Part shown: piece after piece, positions 19,392 through 27,773 of the stretch
Layout: each line of letters opens with the position of its first letter
Numbering within the stretch: position 1 is the stretch's first letter
Translations under genes and position numbers: made by a program
IMG/VR virus record: IMGVR_UViG_3300018049_000017
Span: 3,998-67,997 of that record
Direction: 5' to 3' (one strand)
Length of the DNA stretch: 64,000 nucleotides
DNA from: a virus
The notes under the pieces: model-generated
Databases searched by the model: none
Told to the model about the DNA's origin: nothing
The model's input: only the letters and a program-made list of their open reading frames with translations

Positions 19392-20177
19392 ATGACAAAA
19401 GCACAAATTTTAGACGCTATCATAGAGAAGAAAAGAGACCTTCTTAGTGAAGCAAAAGCAAACTATTTTAAAGTCAAAAAGTCTAGAGATAGTAAGTATT
19501 TTACTATTATTCAAGATTACTTCGGTGGTGATTCTATCTCTAATGAAGAGGTTTATATAGAAAAACCTAAACATGGAGGTACTACATATGAAGTTAGGAG
19601 ACCTCATCCTGAATACTCATATGATAAAGAGTTATTTACTATTAGAGTTAATGAAGATTGGAGAGAAGGTGGTTTTTCCGATATTACCACTTCTGTGTAC
19701 TCTACTTCAGATAAATCTAGATATGAATTAGAAAGATTAGTCACTGTAGGAGAAGTTGCTTTGATTATTTTAGATCATGGTGATGATATGATAGCTGCTT
19801 TTAACACAGTTACTGAGAAGTATAAAAAGAGATACAACAAAGCTCTAACTGAGGTTAATAGTATTGAAAAAGATATTAATTCTCTTATCAATGAGAAGAA
19901 TCAAACATTCCTAGATATAGCATCTGCTAAACTTAATGGAGAAGGATTAAAGTTCGACGGTAAGAAGAAAGGTACTATTGATCTAAGATGGGATTGGACC
20001 TTGAGAGGAATTACCTCTGCAAGGATTATAAGAACAACTGCTTCTGGAAAGTCTGCTGATATTGAGATTAGTTGTTACGGAGAAACTCCTAGAATTTACG
20101 AAAAAGTGAGAACTAGTAATATTGAGGCTCTTGAATGGCAGTATAGAGATTACGTTATTAACGCAGAAACAGAATAA
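19392..20177 (+). CDS. hypothetical early protein
   Basis: ORF behind the promoter with AAAGGTT-ATG. Confidence 0.75.
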   Translation: MTKAQILDAIIEKKRDLLSEAKANYFKVKKSRDSKYFTIIQDYFGGDSISNEEVYIEKPKHGGTTYEVRRPHPEYSYDKELFTIRVNEDWREGGFSDITTSVYSTSDKSRYELERLVTVGEVALIILDHGDDMIAAFNTVTEKYKKRYNKALTEVNSIEKDINSLINEKNQTFLDIASAKLNGEGLKFDGKKKGTIDLRWDWTLRGITSARIIRTTASGKSADIEISCYGETPRIYEKVRTSNIEALEWQYRDYVINAETE

Positions 20178-20196
20178 TTGTTCATAACCTGGTGAT

Positions 20197-20213
20197 GGGG
20201 GCGTCCTGCCCCC
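20197..20213. other. GC-rich intergenic hairpin (terminator or processing site)
   Basis: GGGGGC-GTCCT-GCCCCC with no U-tract. Confidence 0.45.
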
Positions 20214-20232
20214 TGATCCTAATATTAGAATT

Positions 20233-20487
20233 ATGGAATTTAAAAATTTAGGATTTATACAGCACCCAGTAGTAAAGGGTATTATTGCTCAAGTATTTAC
20301 CAATGAGGGTAAACGTATTTCAATAGTATGCGGAGAGGGTATGTATAGTTCTTCTAGAACTGGTAATAGACAGGCATGTTCTAGTGTAGAAGATGCTGCT
20401 AGTTTCGAAGTAATGATAGGAGATGCTGATCCATTAGGATGGCAATCAAGAGAGGATATAGATAAGATCTTAGCAGAGAATTTCTAA
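20233..20487 (+). CDS. hypothetical protein
   Basis: Clean ORF. Confidence 0.7.
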   Translation: MEFKNLGFIQHPVVKGIIAQVFTNEGKRISIVCGEGMYSSSRTGNRQACSSVEDAASFEVMIGDADPLGWQSREDIDKILAENF

Positions 20488-20496
20488 TTTATAATA

Positions 20497-20607
20497 ATGA
20501 GTAAAGATAGGCTTTTAGTAATTTTATTGATTTCGATTCCATTGTATGTTATCGCTATATCATTTGTATCGTTGCTGATAGCCTTATCTAACTCAATATG
20601 TTTTTAA
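20497..20607 (+). CDS. 36-aa single-pass membrane peptide (not in ORF track)
   Basis: MSKDRLLVILLISIPLYVIAISFVSLLIALSNSICF* fills the gap. Confidence 0.55.
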   Translation: MSKDRLLVILLISIPLYVIAISFVSLLIALSNSICF

Positions 20608-20608
20608 T

Positions 20609-21136
20609 ATGCAAACATTTCTACCTTATAGAAACTTTAAAAAATCTCTCGAGAGTTTAGATGATAAACGTCTAGGCAAACAGAGAGTTGAAACATTTCA
20701 GATTTTAAATAATCTGTTAGGACGTCCAAAGAAGGACGGTACGCCTTATAAAGGTTGGACTAATCATCCTTGTTGTGTTATGTGGAGAGGATATGAAGAT
20801 GCTCTTAAATTATATTTGAACGAAAGTATCAACGTTTGGATAGCTAGAGGAAAGAACAATACAATGGAGTATGAAGAGTTTAATGTATGGAGAATTAAGA
20901 TGCCTTGGTGGCTAGGATATGAGCCTTTCCATTCTTCTCATAGAGCTAATCTTTTGAGAAAGGATCCCGAATACTACAGTCAACATGGATGGACTGAAAA
21001 TCCAGCTGATCCTTATGTATGGCATGATAAAGAAAACATGTGGTATAAGCAGCATGTAGGTATTCCAAAGAAAGAATATTTTACGGAAACAACTAGTGAA
21101 AAAGTTGTTAGTCTGCAGAATTATTCATATATTTAG
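20609..21136 (+). CDS. pyrimidine-dimer DNA glycosylase / endonuclease V-like protein
   Basis: MQTFLPY...LDDKRLGKQRVE, NHP..MW.G and SHRANLLRKDPEYY motifs. Confidence 0.8.
   Translation: MQTFLPYRNFKKSLESLDDKRLGKQRVETFQILNNLLGRPKKDGTPYKGWTNHPCCVMWRGYEDALKLYLNESINVWIARGKNNTMEYEEFNVWRIKMPWWLGYEPFHSSHRANLLRKDPEYYSQHGWTENPADPYVWHDKENMWYKQHVGIPKKEYFTETTSEKVVSLQNYSYI
21091..21135 (+). promoter_or_regulatory. early promoter with AACT-N8-AGTT inverted repeat
   Basis: AACT(21091), AGTT(21103), TTG(21105)-N20-TATATTTA(21128). Confidence 0.7.
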
Positions 21137-21166
21137 GTATAAATTAAAATTAAGGTTATAAGATAT

Positions 21167-21370
21167 TTGACAAAAGATTATGTAACGCAAGAAGTATTAG
21201 ATACTATCTCGCTTAAGCAATTAAACGGTGAAACTATCGATCTATCAAATGATAGAATTGAAGCTATCGTCGAAAGTATTATTTTTGAATGGAACGAAAT
21301 TGGAGACCCAGAAGAGGATTTCTCTCAACTCGTTACTTGGAATATTGATCAAAATTTAACTCACGGATAA
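21167..21370 (+). CDS. small acidic hypothetical protein
   Basis: ORF behind the promoter. Start codon uncertain (TTG). Confidence 0.55.
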   Translation: MTKDYVTQEVLDTISLKQLNGETIDLSNDRIEAIVESIIFEWNEIGDPEEDFSQLVTWNIDQNLTHG

Positions 21371-21371
21371 G

Positions 21372-21602
21372 ATGGCTAAAGATAAAAGATACGTAGTAAC
21401 GATGGACATGTACGTCTATGCTGAGAATGATTATATGGCTCGTAAAAGAGCTCATAAGATGAAAGACAGTCTTGATAAGTATGGAAGAAATCCTTCTATT
21501 ACTGAGATAGGTGAGCAACCATTTGCTTCTTTCAATTACAGAAAGCTAGAAGACATTAGTGAACCGACAGATAAAAGTAACGATAAACCGTTACCATTTT
21601 AA
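21372..21602 (+). CDS. small hypothetical protein ending in ...DKPLPF
   Basis: Clean ORF. Confidence 0.7.
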   Translation: MAKDKRYVVTMDMYVYAENDYMARKRAHKMKDSLDKYGRNPSITEIGEQPFASFNYRKLEDISEPTDKSNDKPLPF

Positions 21603-21603
21603 T

Positions 21604-21774
21604 ATGATAGAATTTTTTAGACACATATTTGGTCTGTGTGGAGAGCATTTTCATCCGAATATTTGGACTGTGATGGCTTCTTCACCAATTATTGCTACTA
21701 CTGTTTACTGGATAAAATGTAAATGTGGTGGGTGGTTTAATAGACATAAAGACGATTGCGATGAAGTGTTGTAA
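21604..21774 (+). CDS. small Cys/His-containing protein
   Basis: MIEFFRHIFGLCGEHFHPN... Confidence 0.6.
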   Translation: MIEFFRHIFGLCGEHFHPNIWTVMASSPIIATTVYWIKCKCGGWFNRHKDDCDEVL

Positions 21775-21997
21775 ATGTCTTAATGAGATAAACCCTCTTA
21801 GGTTAAAAGCATTACCAGAGACTAAAGTATGTGTAAACTGCTCCGATACCTCTAGATGGTACGTTAGAAATGTTATTTCCGGAAAGACTACTTATGCTGA
21901 AACTGAAGTAATAAAAGACCCAGAAGCTGCTAGAACTATTGCTGCTATGGACCGTAGAACTGGTTGGGGGAGTAACTTGCATAAAGTACGAAAATAA
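21761..21997 (+). CDS. DksA/TraR-type C4 zinc-finger protein
   Basis: CCKCLNEINPLRLKALPETKVCVNCS. Confidence 0.75.
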   Translation: MKCCKCLNEINPLRLKALPETKVCVNCSDTSRWYVRNVISGKTTYAETEVIKDPEAARTIAAMDRRTGWGSNLHKVRK

Positions 21998-22006
21998 TTA
22001 ACCTTT

Positions 22007-22070
22007 TTCCGGAAATAACTATGGGGAAAGTTGCTAGTCTGCGTATTTTTTCCTATATTTAAGTATAAAT
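22007..22070 (+). repeat. 64-bp promoter-containing repeat, copy A
   Basis: 59/64 identical to 23216-23279. Contains TTG(22031)-N20-TATATTTA(22054). Confidence 0.9.
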
Positions 22071-22086
22071 ATTAATAATAAAGGTT

Positions 22087-22827
22087 ATGAACATTCACAC
22101 AGTAAAAATGCAGGATCTAACTTTTGATCCTCAATTATTCCAACCGATGAAATCAGGTCGTGTTGTTGACTCTCACTTCTCTTCTGAAGGAGGTTTAATG
22201 AAAGGTACTAATTACGCTATCGTAGGAGATCCAGGAATTGGTAAAACTACAGTAATGATGGATATGCTTGCTGATTTGCAGGCTAAAGGTCAGAAGGTTT
22301 TATTTATCTCTGGAGAGATGAATCAGATCGATATGTACGGATACGTAAAACGTTTTCCTAAGTTTGGTCAGATCCCTATCTTGTTTATGGGTGACCATTG
22401 TAACGATAATGCTCTTGAAGTATGTGAGAGTATATTATCAGAAGGATGGGACGTTGTTCTTATTGACTCTATGGCAGAGGTTCAAAATGCTGTTGTAGAT
22501 ACTCATAAAGGTTGGATGTCTTCTAAAAAAGCTGAAACTGAGTTATTGAACTTATTCGAAAAGCATAACTTAGGAGAAAATAAAACTAATACTAATACTG
22601 CTTTCCTAGTTATTCAGCAGGTTACTAAAGGTGGTGAGTTTGCTGGTAGTAACAGGTTTAAGCATATGATGACTGGTATGTGTCATATGAAGTGGACTAA
22701 AGAAGGTGATAGAACTTTCTTCTTCTCTAAAAACCGTAGAGGTGGGGATATGTCTACTAGAATATTTAACTTGAGTACTCCTAACCGAGTTGGTTGGATG
22801 GGTACTATAGCAGCCGGTCAAGAATAA
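22087..22827 (+). CDS. RecA-fold ATPase (RadA/Sms- or KaiC-like core)
   Basis: GDPGIGKTT, FISGEM, VLIDS, QVTKGGEFAG and KNRRG motifs. Confidence 0.8.
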   Translation: MNIHTVKMQDLTFDPQLFQPMKSGRVVDSHFSSEGGLMKGTNYAIVGDPGIGKTTVMMDMLADLQAKGQKVLFISGEMNQIDMYGYVKRFPKFGQIPILFMGDHCNDNALEVCESILSEGWDVVLIDSMAEVQNAVVDTHKGWMSSKKAETELLNLFEKHNLGENKTNTNTAFLVIQQVTKGGEFAGSNRFKHMMTGMCHMKWTKEGDRTFFFSKNRRGGDMSTRIFNLSTPNRVGWMGTIAAGQE

Positions 22828-23231
22828 TGGCACTGTGGGATGTTAATGGAGAGATTGTTTATTCGGAGGGAGCACTTTCGATAAGCAATCCTCCATCTAA
22901 CCTCTGGGTTAAGAGGCATGTCTACGAAGTACCATATAGTAATGTTGGTAAAGGAGGATTTATAATGAGAGATGGGAAAAAGATCCATACTCCATCGTAC
23001 ATAGAAGTACATCCTCAGACAACACATGATGATATTGTTGTAATGAAGAAACCATTTGAAGAGTTATTTGTAGAGGAAAAGACTTGGAAGTTCAGATCTG
23101 CTTCAAGTGATAAAGAATATACTGTGAGATATAATAAAGCAGGAAACTTAAGCTGTGATTGCTGGGGTTATATTGGTCACAAGAAGTGTAAACACATAAA
23201 TGAGGTTAAAAATAATTCCGGAAATAACTAG
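22827..23231 (+). CDS. SWIM zinc-finger protein
   Basis: YTV...SCDCWG...CKHI motif. Confidence 0.75.
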   Translation: MALWDVNGEIVYSEGALSISNPPSNLWVKRHVYEVPYSNVGKGGFIMRDGKKIHTPSYIEVHPQTTHDDIVVMKKPFEELFVEEKTWKFRSASSDKEYTVRYNKAGNLSCDCWGYIGHKKCKHINEVKNNSGNN

Positions 23232-23279
23232 TGAAATAGTTGCTAGTCTGCGTATTTTTTCCTATATTTAAGTATAAAT
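23216..23279 (+). repeat. 64-bp promoter-containing repeat, copy B
   Basis: Matches copy A. Contains TTG(23240)-N20-TATATTTA(23263). Confidence 0.9.
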
Positions 23280-23293
23280 TAAAATTAAAGGTT

Positions 23294-23803
23294 ATGAATT
23301 ATTCTTATGCATCAAAAGAGATCAAAAACTACGAAGGATCTCTAATCGCTAAAAACGAAAAAAACGACTGTTTTGTTAGAGCTATGGCAGCTGCTACAAA
23401 CTTAGATTATGATACTACTCATAATTTCGTAAAAGAAAACTTCAATCGTAAAGAGAAGAAGGGAACTCAAAATGGTGAGATTATCTCAGCTATGAAAAAG
23501 TTTGAGAGAGAAGGTCTTACTATCGGAGATAAGAAATTTGAAGTAGAGGTTTTACAGAAGCCTCTCTTAACTAACTCTTATAAGCTTCACGGTAAAGTAA
23601 TAAACAGAAAGAAAACTGTGAAGAGTTTTATCAAGAGTCTTCCTAATGGTACTTTTGTTGTACTTGTTAGTAAGCATGCATTCGTTGTTAAAGACGGAGT
23701 ATTAATCGATAATAAAGGTGAGGAGTTTAGACCTACTAGAAAGGTATTAGCTGCTTACGCTATCGACTCAAAAGATATTTATAAGCAACTAAGCTTGTTT
23801 TAA
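23294..23803 (+). CDS. hypothetical protein (NDCxVRA...H) with C-terminal QLSLF
   Basis: AAAGGTT-ATG at 23294, Cys/His pair, ends KQLSLF*. Confidence 0.75.
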   Translation: MNYSYASKEIKNYEGSLIAKNEKNDCFVRAMAAATNLDYDTTHNFVKENFNRKEKKGTQNGEIISAMKKFEREGLTIGDKKFEVEVLQKPLLTNSYKLHGKVINRKKTVKSFIKSLPNGTFVVLVSKHAFVVKDGVLIDNKGEEFRPTRKVLAAYAIDSKDIYKQLSLF

Positions 23804-24039
23804 TGAAAGAAATTAGACAGCAGTTTACAAAAGCGCTCAAGGTCATTGACTCGTGCAATAGGCCTGAGCACTTTATGTCTGCTAAAACCTATATCAATCT
23901 ATTCTTCAAAGTTAATAGCACTAAAGCTAAATATGGTACTTATGAAGTAGATCCTGTTATAGTCAATTATTATGAAACGCTCAAGAATAAATTAAAAAGA
24001 GCAAAAAGAAAGTTTTATATTACAAAAGAGGACTCCTGA
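23803..24039 (+). CDS. hypothetical protein
   Basis: TAATG-coupled ORF. Confidence 0.65.
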   Translation: MKEIRQQFTKALKVIDSCNRPEHFMSAKTYINLFFKVNSTKAKYGTYEVDPVIVNYYETLKNKLKRAKRKFYITKEDS

Positions 24040-24727
24040 ACCTCTGGACGTGTTTATAAAACAGATGAGAAGCCCATGCTTCATGTCCTTCAGCAGAAGG
24101 ATGTCCGCATGGAAGATCTGAAGTGAAGTTATTATGCTCTAAAAATTGAGCCATCACATCAGAAGTCCAAGATGGACGATCAGGGATGTCTTCATAGAAG
24201 TTATGAGACATAAATTGGATTAGGTTAAGGTTATTTAAGTTAGCCCAGCCTTCTAAAAGTTCTTTGAATACTTGGTTGTTGAATTGATAATGAGCATCAG
24301 CATTGATAAAGCCTACATAGTTTTGTAGGAAGTATTTTTGATCTCTATTCAATTTGTTAAGATTATGCATCTGAAGAAAAGGATAACGGTATAAAGTATC
24401 TGTGGTATTGAACTCATTACCTCCATCTTCTCCAAACTCTTGCTTTTCAGTTGCTATAGGAATAGGATGTCTATGAGGTTGAGTCCATTGAAACACTACT
24501 AGATCTTCATCTGTTATGTAGCCGCTTCTTTGTAACCTCAATAGTGAGTATAATGATAAGTAATCATTTCCTCCTGGCACAGCGTAGTTACGCTCTGGAG
24601 TGTTGAACATCTTTGATAAGTGAAAGGAGTATCTCTCTTTGAATCTATCTTTTAAACCTGCTCCGTAAGTGTAGGAACAACCGAAGTAATGAGCTTTGCG
24701 AAAGACATCGCGAAATGGATATGACAT
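24020..24727 (-). CDS. SGNH-like protein on the minus strand
   Basis: FGCSYTYG, PGGND and GHPSAEGH motifs. ATG at 24727 follows a minus-strand TATTTATA (24752-24745). Ends SPLL. Confidence 0.8.
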   Translation of the reverse strand: MSYPFRDVFRKAHYFGCSYTYGAGLKDRFKERYSFHLSKMFNTPERNYAVPGGNDYLSLYSLLRLQRSGYITDEDLVVFQWTQPHRHPIPIATEKQEFGEDGGNEFNTTDTLYRYPFLQMHNLNKLNRDQKYFLQNYVGFINADAHYQFNNQVFKELLEGWANLNNLNLIQFMSHNFYEDIPDRPSWTSDVMAQFLEHNNFTSDLPCGHPSAEGHEAWASHLFYKHVQRFRSPLL

Positions 24728-24754
24728 ATTAATTAAAACTTTATTATAAATAGT

Positions 24755-24898
24755 ATGAAAAAGCACAGACAATATAGATCGAATCAAGGAAGATCTCCTA
24801 GACAGCAAGCTAGTAATGAGAAGATTACTATCTTAGCAGTACTTGGTCTTTTAATTACACTTATATTTACAGTTATTGATAACTTCATTAGAGGTTAA
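24755..24898 (+). CDS. 47-aa membrane peptide (not in ORF track)
   Basis: MKKHRQYRSNQGRSPRQ...ILAVLGLLITLIFTVI...*, TAATG-coupled to the next gene. Confidence 0.65.
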   Translation: MKKHRQYRSNQGRSPRQQASNEKITILAVLGLLITLIFTVIDNFIRG

Positions 24899-25578
24899 TG
24901 GTTACAGCTGTACTTACAAAATATAGAAGAGAGTGGTTATTTGATCAACAATTAGCTGCTGTTAAGGATCAGGAATTAGATGTTTCTGAAGTCCTTGTTT
25001 GTGATAATACAGAGGATAATAAAGGAGTATGGGAAAGGTTTAGATTAGCTCAAGAGGCTAGTAATGACTTTGTTTGGATATTAGATGATGATATCATACC
25101 CGGCCCTAAATACCTCAGTAATGTTTGGAATGAGTTTGAGAAGCAAGAAGGATTGTATGGTACTAGAGGACTTCTATTCAACTCTCCAGATAGATATCAA
25201 TTCAATTATAGAGAAGCAGGATGGACTAAACCTGTACCAGTTGTAACAGAAGTAGATTATGTGACTCACAGTTGGTTCTTTAGAAAAGAGTGGTTGGACA
25301 TTTATTGGAGAGCTACTAACGTACCATTTGACAATGGAGAGGATATGAACTTCTCTTTTCAATTGCAGAAGGAAGGAATAAGAACATTTGTGCCTCCGCA
25401 CCCTAGAGGTAAAAAAGAAGTATGGGGTAATACAGTAGGCATTATAAACGACATGCAAGGATTGTGGGATAGTAATCCTAAAAGAGATGGAGAGCACTTC
25501 AGAGATAGAATGTTTGTTTACTTTGATTATCTAATAGAACAAGGATGGGACTTAATAAATAAAAACAATTTAATATAA
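24898..25578 (+). CDS. GT-A (GT2-like) glycosyltransferase
   Basis: WILDDDIIPG, EVDY and GEDM..S motifs. Ends NNLI. Confidence 0.8.
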   Translation: MVTAVLTKYRREWLFDQQLAAVKDQELDVSEVLVCDNTEDNKGVWERFRLAQEASNDFVWILDDDIIPGPKYLSNVWNEFEKQEGLYGTRGLLFNSPDRYQFNYREAGWTKPVPVVTEVDYVTHSWFFRKEWLDIYWRATNVPFDNGEDMNFSFQLQKEGIRTFVPPHPRGKKEVWGNTVGIINDMQGLWDSNPKRDGEHFRDRMFVYFDYLIEQGWDLINKNNLI

Positions 25579-25677
25579 ATGGAACATATTAAGAAGATGA
25601 TAAAGGACATATGGAGAGGTCTTACAATAGCTTCTAAGAACTATTTAGAAGGAAGAACAGGCTGGGGTAAGTTTTAA
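25579..25677 (+). CDS. 32-aa peptide (not in ORF track)
   Basis: MEHIKKMIKDIWRGLTIASKNYLEGRTGWGKF*. Confidence 0.5.
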   Translation: MEHIKKMIKDIWRGLTIASKNYLEGRTGWGKF

Positions 25678-25723
25678 ATTGCTATTTATAAGAGTAATTA
25701 CATAACCTAAAATTCGAATTATT

Positions 25724-25924
25724 ATGGCAAATTTTAAATTATTATTTGAGCTTGGAGATGGATCATTCGTAAAGAAGACTATCTCTTGTGAGAAAGCAGA
25801 CAAGGATGCTGCTGTTGCTAGCTTTGCTGATACATTAGCAGGTGATGGACATACTGTAATAGCAAGTGCTGTACATGAGGACTGGCCTGCGGAGTATGAA
25901 GCACAAGCAGAGTACGGAGCATAA
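25724..25924 (+). CDS. small Ala-rich acidic protein, monocistronic late unit
   Basis: TATTTATA at 25683 upstream and a terminator at 25991 downstream. Confidence 0.75.
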   Translation: MANFKLLFELGDGSFVKKTISCEKADKDAAVASFADTLAGDGHTVIASAVHEDWPAEYEAQAEYGA

Positions 25925-25990
25925 ACTCACATTAGTTTTGAACGTTTCTTAAAACGTTACATGGAAGAAACAAAAGCATGTAAAAAGATT

Positions 25991-26012
25991 AGCCCCCTCA
26001 AGGGGCTTTTTT
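25991..26012 (+). terminator. intrinsic terminator
   Basis: AGCCCC-CTCAA-GGGGCT followed by TTTTT. Confidence 0.85.
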
Positions 26013-26410
26013 CTTGTGCGGAGGGGGCGTTTTCTCTCTCGCCCCCGAAGGGGCCACGCGCATTTTCTCCGACCTTTCCACCCTCTCTACCATAAAAAGA
26101 GGTAAAGGACAATAAAGGAGATAGTCTGGGAATATACGTATCTAAGAGGGTACGGCTTTGACAAATACTCTATATCATAACCAATAAGAACTAACGGTAG
26201 ATAAAGGCTATCATATGGAGATAAACGTATACACTCCTACTTATCCACTAACGACTACCATATATGGCTAGTGTATATATTCATATAAAGCTATATAGAT
26301 ATAAACATATATAATGTGTAGGAGAAACCGTAGGTAATGTGTTAGAAATCATAGAGAGTTATCAGGGCTGTCTGTCTCCCTCTTCGTTTTTTCTCTATAT
26401 AGACAAAAAT

Positions 26411-26455
26411 AATTGTGTAAATAGTTGCCTCCCTGCCATATTTTTCGTATATTTA
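26411..26455 (+). promoter_or_regulatory. early promoter
   Basis: TTG(26425)-N20-TATATTTA(26448), with AATT-N8-AGTT upstream. Confidence 0.75.
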
Positions 26456-26473
26456 AGTATTAAAATAAAGGTT

Positions 26474-26788
26474 ATGACATATCAGGACAAGGTAAAGGCT
26501 AGTAAGACCATACTAGATCTAATTAAATCATTAAAGAAAGACGAGTCAGTAGAGCTATCTTACGGTAAGGACCGCAATGGTAAGCCTAAGATATTCAAGA
26601 TAAGAGCCTATAGTGACTATAAGGATGAGATGTCCTATAGTATATGGAATAGCTTTAGTGGTATGAATATAGATAAGATAGGTAAGACTACCATGAGAGG
26701 ATATACATATGATATGATGTCCCAGAAGACTACATATACCTTTAACCTATATCAATTTAATAAAGTAGACCAATATGAAGTTGTTTAA
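26474..26788 (+). CDS. hypothetical early protein
   Basis: AAAGGTT-ATG at 26474. The ORF-track extension to 26339 runs through the promoter. Confidence 0.75.
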   Translation: MTYQDKVKASKTILDLIKSLKKDESVELSYGKDRNGKPKIFKIRAYSDYKDEMSYSIWNSFSGMNIDKIGKTTMRGYTYDMMSQKTTYTFNLYQFNKVDQYEVV

Positions 26789-26903
26789 ATCTATTATAAG
26801 GCCTATAAGGCGTAACTGGGAGCTTATTACATCATTCTTATTTATAGCTCTAGTGTTCTACCTTCTATACTTTTCTCTTTGGATATTTTGTCCTTGTGGC
26901 TAG
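26775..26903 (+). CDS. 42-aa membrane peptide ending CPCG (not in ORF track)
   Basis: MKLFKSIIRPIRRNWELITSFLFIALVFYLLYFSLWIFCPCG*. Confidence 0.55.
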   Translation: MKLFKSIIRPIRRNWELITSFLFIALVFYLLYFSLWIFCPCG

Positions 26904-27062
26904 ACTTCCGGAATTCTGACCAAACCTAGACCGTACGGTGATATAACCTTGCCATAACACTGCCAGTAAAGTTCCCTTACGGGTTGGTTATATGCGTGAA
27001 AATTCCATACCTATCAGCATCGAGATGCTAGATCTCTAGATATAGTAATATATATTTATATA

Positions 27063-27773
27063 TTAATAGTGTATGAACTTAGATTCTTTAGGACCTATAT
27101 AGTTATTTAGCTTTTCTATAATCTTCTGTTTTATATTAACAGGCTTACCGTCTACTATAGTCCATTTAGGAAATGTTTGATCACTCTCTCTTCCGTACAT
27201 ATATGGGCAATCGTACTTATCTATATATTCATCTAATGTACTGTTAGTCCAGACATAAAATGCAAACTCTTCTATAAGTGTACTGAAGTTATATTTGTTA
27301 TGTATATCAATTAATTCTTTACCTAAGTTAAAATCTCTGAAGTATATAAGACAGGCATTTGGTAAAACATCTGTATCTCTTAGGTTCCAGCTATATTTCA
27401 CAATATCTTCTTTTACTTTCTCTTCCATTCCAGGAAAAGTATAGTTTTTAGGGTATGAATATAGGGGCATACACGGGTTAGGAAATTTTAATTGTAAAAT
27501 CTCATCTAACAAAAGGGGGGTTTTTATATCCCAATCCAAAAATAAAATTTCGCCAAATTCTCTATGAGCTAAATCTAAAGCTTGTAGTTTATAGACAAAG
27601 GTTTGTTCGAGACTATCATTTTGGTACCTACAATTATAACCTAATTTAGTTAAATATTCATAATTTACCCGTCCCCATACGTAAACAACTTCATCAAACA
27701 TGGGTTTTGAGGGTATTTCTTTACTATAATGGAATTCTAAACGTCTTCCCCAAAGTGCTCTTACAATTTTCAT
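27063..27773 (-). CDS. putative DxD glycosyltransferase, paralogue of 6776-7558
   Basis: RALWG, FLDWD, PLYSYPK and PNAC motifs. Ends FIHY. Confidence 0.6.
   Translation of the reverse strand: MKIVRALWGRRLEFHYSKEIPSKPMFDEVVYVWGRVNYEYLTKLGYNCRYQNDSLEQTFVYKLQALDLAHREFGEILFLDWDIKTPLLLDEILQLKFPNPCMPLYSYPKNYTFPGMEEKVKEDIVKYSWNLRDTDVLPNACLIYFRDFNLGKELIDIHNKYNFSTLIEEFAFYVWTNSTLDEYIDKYDCPYMYGRESDQTFPKWTIVDGKPVNIKQKIIEKLNNYIGPKESKFIHY

Noticed and set aside
23240-26473. ORF-track N-terminal extensions at 23240, 24808(-) and 26339 (also 5034, 7503, 15095)
   Set aside because: They run through promoters, terminators or neighbouring genes. The downstream ATGs fit the local initiation context better.
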